Source: a virus (Duplodnaviria; Caudoviricetes). From it: a stretch of DNA of 39,998 nucleotides. The position numbers and the translations under genes were made by a program. Below are positions 9,036 to 17,793 of this stretch, one piece after another (position 1 is the stretch's first letter; each line of letters opens with the position of its first letter). The notes beneath the pieces were generated by a model. That model searched no databases and had not been told where the DNA came from. It saw only the letters and a program-made list of their open reading frames with translations. The DNA is taken from positions 1-39,998 of the IMG/VR virus record IMGVR_UViG_3300037420_000418. The stretch is one strand, 5' to 3'.

Positions 9036-10063
9036 TGTTGTCCCGAGGCGAATTGTTTGCCAAGCTTGGATTGATTCAAGTTGTCGAACGTATAACTGGA
9101 AGGGCGTATGCCGAAATCGAAGAGCAAATCTGGCGACTCGATCTTGAAAACTCGCCCCATGGAGAGCCCTGGCATACGTCCTTCCACGCCTCGTCCTTTC
9201 CAGGCGATGACGAACTGGCGTGTGGCCGTAAGGCCGTCTACGGATTGCTTAACCTGCCCACCCCTGCGCCTACGGGTAGGTTCCTTCGTTCCGTAGCAGA
9301 TTCAGGCAAGGCAATCGAAGATGAACTAGTCACTAGATGGGACAAGGCAGGCTATCTGCTATCCGCTAGTGTCGATGCTGAAGTACAGACTGGCTTTGTC
9401 GATGAAGAACACTGGTTGACGGGCAACTGTGATGCCATAGTCTTGCCAAATCACTGGCGGCGTCCACATGTGGTTGAGGTTAAAAGTAAATCTCAAACCA
9501 AAATTGATGAAATGAAGTCGGGCCAACGTGGTCCTGATCCAAAGCATCGCCTTCAGTGTCTCACTTATGTAAGTTTTGCCCACGAACAGCATCCGTGGAA
9601 GAGCGCTCAGGTGTGTCGTGAAACTTGGCGCATACCAAATGATGGTGTTTGTTTAATTCACAACTCTTCTGATTGTCTCACAGTAATTGATTTGGAGCCC
9701 TGCGAATCTGGCTCCATTTTTTATGTATCTAGAGACGATCCATCACAGACACATGAATTCTTCTTCAAGCGTGAGCCTGATTTTCTAGAACAGGGCCGCG
9801 CTAAGATTAAGGAGTGGAAAGAATCTTTTGAGGCAGGGCTATTACCCGACCGTCCGCGCCACGAGGATGGGAAACTCGTCGGATGGTCGGAAGAGCCGTG
9901 TAAGTGGTGCCCCTTAAAGAAAGAAGTCTGCAAGAAAGACTGGCAGGATAAGATAATTACAATAGAACAGAGCCATGCTGTTGAGTTCGTCAAGTCCATT
10001 AGGCCGTACTACGAACTTAATAAAACTATAGAGGCGGTGAAGGAACGTTGGGTAGAACATTAA
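9035..10063 (+). CDS. Cas4-like PD-(D/E)XK exonuclease
   Basis: N-terminal Cys (CGRK), GNCD..VEVKS, QCLTY, C-terminal CKWC..C. Confidence 0.8.
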   Translation: MLSRGELFAKLGLIQVVERITGRAYAEIEEQIWRLDLENSPHGEPWHTSFHASSFPGDDELACGRKAVYGLLNLPTPAPTGRFLRSVADSGKAIEDELVTRWDKAGYLLSASVDAEVQTGFVDEEHWLTGNCDAIVLPNHWRRPHVVEVKSKSQTKIDEMKSGQRGPDPKHRLQCLTYVSFAHEQHPWKSAQVCRETWRIPNDGVCLIHNSSDCLTVIDLEPCESGSIFYVSRDDPSQTHEFFFKREPDFLEQGRAKIKEWKESFEAGLLPDRPRHEDGKLVGWSEEPCKWCPLKKEVCKKDWQDKIITIEQSHAVEFVKSIRPYYELNKTIEAVKERWVEH

Positions 10064-10221
10064 TTGTTCATCTAAACCATGAGAATGGTGAGACGGCCGT
10101 GTTTAGTGGAGTTATATTTTGGGAATTTCGGAATAGATGGCTTTACGCTTATGCCGACAGAGATAGAGTAATAGGGTTGGTAAACGAACACGAAATCAAA
10201 TACATAGAATTTAATGATTAA
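10048..10221 (+). CDS. hypothetical protein (57 aa)
   Basis: TTG start with GAAGGA SD; fills gap and overlaps both neighbours. Confidence 0.5.
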   Translation: MGRTLIVHLNHENGETAVFSGVIFWEFRNRWLYAYADRDRVIGLVNEHEIKYIEFND

Positions 10222-10987
10222 ACAAAAGACAGCTATAGCAATTATAAATCAAGCCAAAGAAAATGGCTTCTATGATGACCCTCTTCCCGAGGGCGCTGAA
10301 GATCAGTTGGCAGAGGCCCTGACTATTCTTGATGAGGCTAAGCACGCCTATGATAAGGGTGCTCGCGGTGACGCCATTGTCTCCATCTTAGGTTTGGCTC
10401 AGGTAGATGATGAAGTTAATACAGCTAAGGAGCCCGAGCCAAAAGAAAAGCTGGAACAGACTGTCGCTGTTGCAAGGGAAGTATTAGCACAGTCGAACAA
10501 AGGAATTAGTTTTCACACTCAGGTCGAAGCGAAAGAACTTGCTATCGCTAAGATCAAGAAAGAGAAGCTTCCCATCCCGCCGGAGATTGAGGGAGAGCCT
10601 CCTGCCCTCCCTAGAGATATTTCTGTCCTCACCGATCCAGAGCTACGGCGTTTGCATTCCGAGTTCAACGCCGTCCTTGCCCGTGCTAACTGGCTAGTCG
10701 CGCTAGTCGAGGCTGACGAACTAGCAGCCGAGCAGATCGCCAGCCTCTATGAAGCGCAGGCGATCAAGCGCGCCGCTCAGGACCCTGATCCCGTCACCGG
10801 TAAGGGTAAGACAGTCGCCGCCCTAGAGGCCGAGGCATCCGACGATGAGCTTGTGCGCAAGTGGCGGGAGAAGAAGACCGAATACGTCATTGACAAAAAA
10901 CTACAAAAAGCTCTGCGCGATACTTATCTGTCTAATGTGGAAAGAATCAGCAGAGAGTATGCTATGAGAGAAGGGGAAAGAAAATGA
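10214..10987 (+). CDS. hypothetical helical protein, possibly recombination accessory
   Basis: long ORF, helical C-terminal half, located in recombination module. Confidence 0.6.
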   Translation: MIKQKTAIAIINQAKENGFYDDPLPEGAEDQLAEALTILDEAKHAYDKGARGDAIVSILGLAQVDDEVNTAKEPEPKEKLEQTVAVAREVLAQSNKGISFHTQVEAKELAIAKIKKEKLPIPPEIEGEPPALPRDISVLTDPELRRLHSEFNAVLARANWLVALVEADELAAEQIASLYEAQAIKRAAQDPDPVTGKGKTVAALEAEASDDELVRKWREKKTEYVIDKKLQKALRDTYLSNVERISREYAMREGERK

Positions 10988-11118
10988 TCAAGACTTTAGC
11001 GCTATCACTGTGGCAACTAGTTGTTCTACTGATCCTAACCGCTGTCGTTGGTGTTACGACAGGTGTGTTTGTTAAAGTAATCGTAGAATCGTTTCAACTA
11101 GGAACCAGTGTTTTGTGA
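10984..11118 (+). CDS. small membrane protein (44 aa)
   Basis: ATGA overlap; MIKTLALSLWQLVVLLILTAVVGV hydrophobic. Confidence 0.55.
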   Translation: MIKTLALSLWQLVVLLILTAVVGVTTGVFVKVIVESFQLGTSVL

Positions 11119-11490
11119 GTGGGTAAAAGCCAGAGAGAAAAGGGCCGAAGAGGCGAACAGGAAGTCGCTCGCATCCTCAGATCAAGAGGATTCGATGCCG
11201 AACGCATTCCTAACTCTGGCGGACTCACTGAGAAGGGCGACGTTAAGTCGAAAGATTTGCCCCGACTACACTTCGAAGTAAAGTTTCAAGAAACATGGAG
11301 TCTCTTGAAGTGGTTGCGTCAAGCTATTGAAGAAGCATTACCTACTCAGGTACCTGTTGTGGTATTCAAAAAGAGTAGAGAGCCTTGGCGCGTGTCAGTC
11401 ACACTAGAACATTACTTGGACTTAATAGAGGATAGTGAATATGATCAAAGAAAAGTGTCCTGTAGACCTAGAGAGCAAGTTAATGCTTGA
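11119..11490 (+). CDS. Holliday junction resolvase (Hjc-like)
   Basis: KGRRGEQEVA..L..RG, GD, FEVK, PVVVFK..REPW. Confidence 0.8.
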   Translation: MGKSQREKGRRGEQEVARILRSRGFDAERIPNSGGLTEKGDVKSKDLPRLHFEVKFQETWSLLKWLRQAIEEALPTQVPVVVFKKSREPWRVSVTLEHYLDLIEDSEYDQRKVSCRPREQVNA

Positions 11491-11731
11491 TATTAAACCC
11501 TTCCAATCCTGGTTGTGGTCAAAGATCGACCGCTACGGATCGAAGACCGCCGCCGCAGAGATTTTGGGGCTGAGCTATAAAAAGATGGAAGAGTACCTGA
11601 CCGGCCGACGACTTGATAACAGGATTAAGGATCCTAGTATAAGAGCAATACCTTTAGATGAGGTAGATCGCTTATATTGCCGTGAGGGCGATCACATAAT
11701 GGAAGATTACCCAAGCATTTACGCCTTCTAA
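11441..11731 (+). CDS. putative HTH protein
   Basis: SKTAAAEILGLSYKKMEEYL; GAGGA SD. Confidence 0.55.
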   Translation: MIKEKCPVDLESKLMLDIKPFQSWLWSKIDRYGSKTAAAEILGLSYKKMEEYLTGRRLDNRIKDPSIRAIPLDEVDRLYCREGDHIMEDYPSIYAF

Positions 11732-11851
11732 TGTTGGGTTTTTATAAGTGTAGATGCGGTAGGCGGTGGATTTTCCCATGGAGCGACAGGTATTACCTGG
11801 GCTTCGGCAATAGGAAAGTCTGCGGAGATTGCATAAATGGTTATTAAGCTT

Positions 11852-11880
11852 TAGACATAAATCTGTATTTCCGATACAAT
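11852..11880 (+). promoter_or_regulatory. sigma70-type promoter upstream of terminase genes
   Basis: TAGACA-17 nt-TACAAT. Confidence 0.65.
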
Positions 11881-11881
11881 T

Positions 11882-11908
11882 AGGGACAGGGAAACCTGTC
11901 CCTTTTTT
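11882..11908 (+). terminator. intrinsic terminator
   Basis: AGGGACAGG-GAAA-CCTGTCCCT then T run. Confidence 0.8.
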
Positions 11909-11910
11909 AT

Positions 11911-12459
11911 ATGGGAAAAATGGATTTAACAGAAGCCGAGCGCAATAGGCGCTCCGAACTTGCCCGAGAACTCCACGGCAAGCGTGATCCCCTGACCGGC
12001 CGACGCCTGTTCGGTGGCCCCCAACCGGGAGCCGGACGCCCACCGAAACGTCGCGCCACAGAAATCATCAATGAGAAGATTGAAGAACATGCTCTTGATG
12101 TGTGGGACGCGATGTACAAGGCTCTTAAATCTGGCAAACCCATGATTGCTCTTCAGGCTGCGCGACAGATGGTTGAGATTTCCAAGATGGAAACTGACAT
12201 TCAGGCGCGCGAAGAGAAGAACCTTGAAAATACATCGACCGAGGAACTGGTGGAACTTGTCGCCTCACGACTCGCAAGACTCTCAGAAGCAGACGAAATC
12301 AGAGACTTCATCGACGGATACGCCACAGAAGAAACCGAACACGTACAAATCGGCGAAGGAAATGGCGTTGAAGATGAACCGGAAGGAACTGTTGAGACTG
12401 GCTCAACAGATGCAGGACTTGGAACGTCGGCTTTCGCTCGACGGACCCCAAAACGATGA
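11911..12459 (+). CDS. terminase small subunit (putative)
   Basis: GRRLFGGPQPGAGRPPK motif; immediately upstream of TerL; start may be ATG 11920. Confidence 0.65.
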   Translation: MGKMDLTEAERNRRSELARELHGKRDPLTGRRLFGGPQPGAGRPPKRRATEIINEKIEEHALDVWDAMYKALKSGKPMIALQAARQMVEISKMETDIQAREEKNLENTSTEELVELVASRLARLSEADEIRDFIDGYATEETEHVQIGEGNGVEDEPEGTVETGSTDAGLGTSAFARRTPKR

Positions 12460-14140
12460 AGAACTTCACTGGTGGATTCGACATAACATCGGAATCAGCA
12501 TCCCTAGAGAGTCCGTTTGCGACGGTCATCAAGCCCCATTCTCATTTATCTCTGACCTGTTCTTCAATAGAACAGGATCAGCACTTCTCATGGCAAACCG
12601 TGGTGGAAACAAGACTCACGGTGTCGCCATTTTGCACTTGCTTAACATGCTCTACAAGCCTGGAATCGAGGCAGCGACGATTGGCGCTATTGAAGCCCAG
12701 GCCGACCGAGCCTATGCACATTTCAGGCACCTTGTCCGCGTATACCAAGAGCGGACTGGAAATGATGTTGTCGCTTCGTCAATGAAGTCAAAGACAAGAC
12801 TGAGGAATCATTCAGTCTTGGAAATTTTGGCCGGTACCATGAATGCAGTTAACGGACCTCACCCTCAGGTAGTACACGCTGATGAGGTTGAGCTTATGGA
12901 TCCTGAGGTTTATCAGGAATCGCGCAACATGAGCCAAGGTAAGAAGAGGGATGGTATTCTCTTCCGCGCCCAAGATATTATCACTTCAACCCGTAAGCGC
13001 GGTATTGGCCCGATGCAGGCCCTCATTGATCAGATCAATGAGGCTAAGTTAATTGGTGCTGAGCCACCATATAAGATGTATTCGTGGTGCATCTTTGAGT
13101 GCGCCGAGAATATGCCCAATTGTCAAATAGCAAATCCAGAACAAACCTGTGAATCATGTGACTGCGACAAGGTTGTGTCTGGAAGGTGGGAGAACGGGCA
13201 ACCGAGAACACTGAAGGATGTATGTGGTGGTCGCTTTGCTCGCAGTGATGGGTGGATTGACCATGAGACGATCAAAAACACTTTCACGAAGTCCAGCCAG
13301 GGTATCTGGGAAGCGCAGCAGGAGTGCATCAAGCCCTCCACCGAAGGACTGGTCATCCCACAGTTCTCTCTAGAACGCCACGGGATAAGGAAGTATCGGC
13401 CCGATCCTGACAATGGACCTATCTTTATGTCTATCGACTTCGGTGGCACTAACCCTCACGCTGTCAATTGGTATCAGGTTCTCAACTATGAGATTGAGGT
13501 AGACACTTATAATGGCACCAAGCGTAGACTGAGAGAGGGAACACGAGTTTGCTTTGATGAAATCTACAAGGCCGAAATATCAAACCGACAGGTATTTGAC
13601 CTGATTGTGGCCCGGGAAAACTTCTGGAGACAGCAGTACCCCTACTGGAAGGTCTACAAGCGGTTCGCTGACCCTCAGGGAAAGGCCGCGCGACTTGATA
13701 TGGCCCGGAACAAGCCGCCCCTCCCCACAGTATTCGTCACCAGTCGTGACGTTAAGGAACACATCAAGATTTGTGCATATCTAATTGAGAATGATATGTT
13801 CGCAGTAGATGTTGATAGATGTGAAATGTTCACGTCCGAAATTGAGTCTTGGCATTATCCAAAGAAGAAGCCTGGCATGGTAGATGATCCTGAAATTCCT
13901 GTAATGGACTTCGACCACTGTATGTCAAACTTTAGATACGCTATGGCAAACATACAACAACTGGTACAATCTGGTATGCGAAAGAAGGGTATGCCGGGTT
14001 CGACTGACAAGCCCCACCTGACAGTTAGGGGTGCCGGTTCCCGTAGACAGAATGAGATTCCAGCGTATGCCCCCAACAGCAGGGGCTTGCCACCGTCTGA
14101 GCGGTGGCGTTTGCGGTTCGGCAATATCACTAACCCCTAG
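12362..14140 (+). CDS. terminase large subunit
   Basis: Walker A ANRGGNKT, Walker B VVHADE, TST, nuclease IDFG...ADP...DHCMS; GAAGGA SD before ATG 12362. Confidence 0.9.
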   Translation: MALKMNRKELLRLAQQMQDLERRLSLDGPQNDEELHWWIRHNIGISIPRESVCDGHQAPFSFISDLFFNRTGSALLMANRGGNKTHGVAILHLLNMLYKPGIEAATIGAIEAQADRAYAHFRHLVRVYQERTGNDVVASSMKSKTRLRNHSVLEILAGTMNAVNGPHPQVVHADEVELMDPEVYQESRNMSQGKKRDGILFRAQDIITSTRKRGIGPMQALIDQINEAKLIGAEPPYKMYSWCIFECAENMPNCQIANPEQTCESCDCDKVVSGRWENGQPRTLKDVCGGRFARSDGWIDHETIKNTFTKSSQGIWEAQQECIKPSTEGLVIPQFSLERHGIRKYRPDPDNGPIFMSIDFGGTNPHAVNWYQVLNYEIEVDTYNGTKRRLREGTRVCFDEIYKAEISNRQVFDLIVARENFWRQQYPYWKVYKRFADPQGKAARLDMARNKPPLPTVFVTSRDVKEHIKICAYLIENDMFAVDVDRCEMFTSEIESWHYPKKKPGMVDDPEIPVMDFDHCMSNFRYAMANIQQLVQSGMRKKGMPGSTDKPHLTVRGAGSRRQNEIPAYAPNSRGLPPSERWRLRFGNITNP

Positions 14141-14148
14141 GAGATTCT

Positions 14149-16581
14149 ATGGCGACGGATAACGGCGCTCCAACTAAACAAGAATTGGGAAGGCTGCGTA
14201 AGCAGCTATTGGTTGACAACTCTCCGTCGTCTAGACAGCAGAGCTATCAGTACGTCTATTGGCGTCAGATTGGCGACACACTTGGTCAGCCGTTCGACTC
14301 GACCAAGATCCCAATGTCAAAGTTGTATCAGATGCGTCGGGATCCGATGATCGCATTTGCTCTGCACTTTATCAAGGTGCCGATGATCCGTGCGCCTTGG
14401 TATATCCAGTGCCAAGATGCTCAGGTCGCAGCATTTGTTGACTATGCATTAAGAAGAATCTATGGGCGACTGGTTCTACAGTACATGCTTTCGCTGGACT
14501 TTGGATTTTCTGCTGTTGTCAAAAGATTTGAACAAGGCAACCCTCATGCAATCTACATTGATCCCAATGACCCAGAACAGAAGGAAAAGCCGGTCTGGGA
14601 TGAGGGTAATGTGGATGCCCTACTGTGGAAGCCGTTCGTAGCGTTGCCCCCGGAGCAGGTTGAGCCTCGCTTCTCGTCCAGCGGAGAATTTAATGGCATT
14701 CGCTATGACACCAAACAGGATGTTCCGCTAGCTTTCCCGTCTAATAAGATATTTGACCGTGACGATGCGGTTGACGTTCCGCTAGTCAGTTCTCTGTGGG
14801 TTACTAACGAGAAGGATTCGGTGTTCGGTTCTCCGTGGGGTTATCCACGCCTCGGGTATGCCTTCCGTTACTGGTGGAGCTACTGGTACAGATGGGCGCT
14901 GGCCGATAGACACTTTGAAAAGGATGCTGACCCGCCTGCCCTGGTGCGCTACCCGGACAAGGCCGATGAAGATATTCTTGATGAAGATGATGAGACGGTT
15001 AACTACAAGGAAATCGCTCTTGGTATTGGCGAGCAGATGCGCTCAGGCTCAACCATCGCAATGCCATCTACTCCTTACACTTCGGAGATTGACGGTAAGA
15101 CAACGGGCATTTATGAATGGGATATGAAATTTATTGAGGGCGGAGGAAACTTCGACGCCTTCGATAAGACCTTCGACCGCCTTGAAGTGCTGAAGCTACG
15201 GTCCATTTGGGTGCCCGAGCAGGCGTTCCTAGAGGGCCAGGGAGGTACGTCCTCGCGCAACGTGGCCAAGACCATGACCGACTCCTTTCAGGAGGCCCAG
15301 GCCGTGCTCATGGACGAGTTCGATTATCACCTAAACCACTACATCATCCCACAGTTGGTGCAGGTTAATTTCCCCGAGTTCAAGGGTGATGCTAGAAAGA
15401 TTACTACTGGATTTGGATCCGAAGATACAGAGCTAGCAAAGCAGTTGGTTCAGTTGATCGGACAATCTGACCCCAATGCTCTTGAAGTAGATGTTCGTGA
15501 GATTCTTGAGCGTGCTGGTATTCCCGTATTGTCTCAGACTGAGCTAGAACGTAAGAAGAAGCAGGCAATTGAGGAAGCACAGGCTCTAGCTCCACCGGCC
15601 ACTGCGCCTGTCGCTGGCCAGTCGGCCGGGGTAATTTCAACCCCGCAGACTGATACTGGATTTAGTTATATCCAACCGCGTGAAATTATTTACCTAACCG
15701 ATGACGCTTTTGCTGCCGGTCTGCCAGACAGCCAGCATTACCGGGACCGAGAGATTCTTGCTCGCACTACAGAAAACCGTGAGCTATGGCGCGCTGGTTT
15801 TGAGGCGGCCTATGAGGACTTCGCATCATTTATTGCCAATGCCTCGCTCAACTTTGCCGACGAGGAAGAAGAAGCCGAGAATATCATTAAACGCTGGGGT
15901 CACAGCTTTTCCAACTTGTCGAAGAAGACTATCGACGTTGTGAAAAATATTATGCAACGTGCGGGCAATGCTGAACTGAAGAAGGCCAACATTACGACCG
16001 ACACCTGGGACTTCAGCGGTACTCCTGCCGATTGGGCTGAGCGCCATGGGCTAACGCTTGTGAAGGGCGTTGAGGAAACAGTCCGTAAGGAATTGCGAAG
16101 CTTCCTAGCAGATGAGATTCGTGCTGGCCATAGTAATGAAGAGATCGCCAATAACGTGCGTCTGCACTTCGCTGACTTCCCCTCATGGAAGGCTGATCGT
16201 CTAGCTAGAACCGAAACCATGTTGGCCTATAACTACGCAACGCTCTTCGCTGGCCGTGCGGCAGGGGTCAAAAAGGTTCAGGCCATCGACGCACAGAAGG
16301 GGCCTACCGACGAGGACTGCGAGGTTCGCAACGGACAGATTTTCGACATTGATTCTGCCTTCGGAGAGAACCTGCGCGAGCACCCCAACGGCACGCTGGC
16401 GTGGCGGCTGCTAAGACGGGAGAACCTGTCTGTAGAATACGTAGACAGATCCGAGACAGGTGACCGGCTAGCGTGGTTCGAGCCGGACACGGACACGATT
16501 TATTTGGCGAAGGATATTGAGCCGAGCCAGGAAGAATTTTATCTACTCACGATTGGGGAACAAATCAATGATGAATCGTAG
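14149..16581 (+). CDS. portal protein (DUF935/Mu gp29-like) fused to MuF-like head morphogenesis domain
   Basis: follows TerL; LDFGFS, SPWG, IIPQLVQVNF portal motifs; C-terminal ADRLARTET..AYN..C..RNG..HPNG MuF motifs. Confidence 0.85.
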   Translation: MATDNGAPTKQELGRLRKQLLVDNSPSSRQQSYQYVYWRQIGDTLGQPFDSTKIPMSKLYQMRRDPMIAFALHFIKVPMIRAPWYIQCQDAQVAAFVDYALRRIYGRLVLQYMLSLDFGFSAVVKRFEQGNPHAIYIDPNDPEQKEKPVWDEGNVDALLWKPFVALPPEQVEPRFSSSGEFNGIRYDTKQDVPLAFPSNKIFDRDDAVDVPLVSSLWVTNEKDSVFGSPWGYPRLGYAFRYWWSYWYRWALADRHFEKDADPPALVRYPDKADEDILDEDDETVNYKEIALGIGEQMRSGSTIAMPSTPYTSEIDGKTTGIYEWDMKFIEGGGNFDAFDKTFDRLEVLKLRSIWVPEQAFLEGQGGTSSRNVAKTMTDSFQEAQAVLMDEFDYHLNHYIIPQLVQVNFPEFKGDARKITTGFGSEDTELAKQLVQLIGQSDPNALEVDVREILERAGIPVLSQTELERKKKQAIEEAQALAPPATAPVAGQSAGVISTPQTDTGFSYIQPREIIYLTDDAFAAGLPDSQHYRDREILARTTENRELWRAGFEAAYEDFASFIANASLNFADEEEEAENIIKRWGHSFSNLSKKTIDVVKNIMQRAGNAELKKANITTDTWDFSGTPADWAERHGLTLVKGVEETVRKELRSFLADEIRAGHSNEEIANNVRLHFADFPSWKADRLARTETMLAYNYATLFAGRAAGVKKVQAIDAQKGPTDEDCEVRNGQIFDIDSAFGENLREHPNGTLAWRLLRRENLSVEYVDRSETGDRLAWFEPDTDTIYLAKDIEPSQEEFYLLTIGEQINDES

Positions 16582-16843
16582 TTACGTAATTAAAAACACC
16601 GAAGGATTGAAGTGTCATATATGTGGTGACGTTCACGGATTCTTGTCTAGAAACTGTGTCACCCTTGAACTAAATGAGGAAGAGGCGGATTGGTATAACG
16701 ATCTTGGAGAGCCAGTAGAGCTTGGAGGCTCACATGCTATGGTCACCGTTCCCTTTTATTCTGATGTTCCGAGCGAAAATAGTAAGTCTTTTACTCGATC
16801 TACTCTTTGGAACTTCGGACTTGCCGAAGGACTACTCCAGTAA
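16568..16843 (+). CDS. hypothetical protein with CxxC..H..C
   Basis: GGGGA SD; CHICGDVH..C; may be frameshifted from next ORF. Confidence 0.6.
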   Translation: MMNRSYVIKNTEGLKCHICGDVHGFLSRNCVTLELNEEEADWYNDLGEPVELGGSHAMVTVPFYSDVPSENSKSFTRSTLWNFGLAEGLLQ

Positions 16844-16854
16844 CACGCTTCCTA

Positions 16855-17793
16855 ATGCCAGACCAGTGGACTCAGATAGAGTTTGATGAGAAGGGATATC
16901 TGGTTCTCACCGATAGAGAGCCGGATATTCTGCTGGCTAATGCGAAGTTGAACAAGACTGCATCTACAGTTTCGGGTGCCAAGCGCCATTCGGAGTCCGG
17001 CAACCCGTGGTTTGATCCTCGCACGGGACGGTTTGCCAATGGCCCTCCCGGCGTGACAGTCAAGGCAGGCGGTGGCTTACTCCGTTCGCTATTGAACGAT
17101 GCCAAAAGGTACATCACAGATCAAGTAGCCCGGTACCAGGGTGACGCTATCTCTGCCGCGCCAGGGCAGAACGGGAAGGTGCGTATCACGATCTGGAATG
17201 ACGGAGCGGCCATCGTCGTCTTTGACGTGGAAAGTAAGAACTCTCCTGTTAGCCAAGCGCAGCCTGCCGCCAAAGAAGAGCAGGCCCATAGCCTCATGCC
17301 TGACGGTGTAGACCCCGAGGAATGGCATCGTCGTATGGATGCCGTGAGGGATGCCGCCAGGGAGTTTGATTCAATGTCTTTACAGGATGTGCGCGAATGG
17401 CTCCAAGGAAAGACCACACGAGAACTTACACAAGCAGAACTAGAATCATTTCTCCATGATGTTCACCAGCATAGGCTATCGGATCTGGTTGATGTTCTTG
17501 ATACAAGTCTGCGCAAGTCCCTCTCTGAGAGATTCCGCCAGAGAAGAACAGTCAGAGTCGTGCCGCCACGAGGATGGGTAAAGCGTACCCTCGCTGGTCT
17601 GGAGGATGATGACATTGCTATCTTGTACACACGACTTAAGACTCGTGGCTTCAGCGATGATGACCTTGACAAGTTTTTGATTGGGCGCTATCCCGAAGAA
17701 CGACAAGCTAGACTTAGTTCATTGATCAAGCGCCCCAATAAGGAGAAGTCCAAGAGTGAAGAGAGTAGTAGCAGCCCTGATCGCGGGCAATGA
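16855..17793 (+). CDS. putative head-associated protein
   Basis: NPWFDPRTGRFA resembles the NP.HD..GRF motif of minor head proteins; start uncertain. Confidence 0.55.
   Translation: MPDQWTQIEFDEKGYLVLTDREPDILLANAKLNKTASTVSGAKRHSESGNPWFDPRTGRFANGPPGVTVKAGGGLLRSLLNDAKRYITDQVARYQGDAISAAPGQNGKVRITIWNDGAAIVVFDVESKNSPVSQAQPAAKEEQAHSLMPDGVDPEEWHRRMDAVRDAAREFDSMSLQDVREWLQGKTTRELTQAELESFLHDVHQHRLSDLVDVLDTSLRKSLSERFRQRRTVRVVPPRGWVKRTLAGLEDDDIAILYTRLKTRGFSDDDLDKFLIGRYPEERQARLSSLIKRPNKEKSKSEESSSSPDRGQ

Noticed and set aside
12146-12361. N-terminal extension of TerL in the ORF track
   Set aside because: Overlaps terS out of frame; SD-supported ATG at 12362 is more plausible
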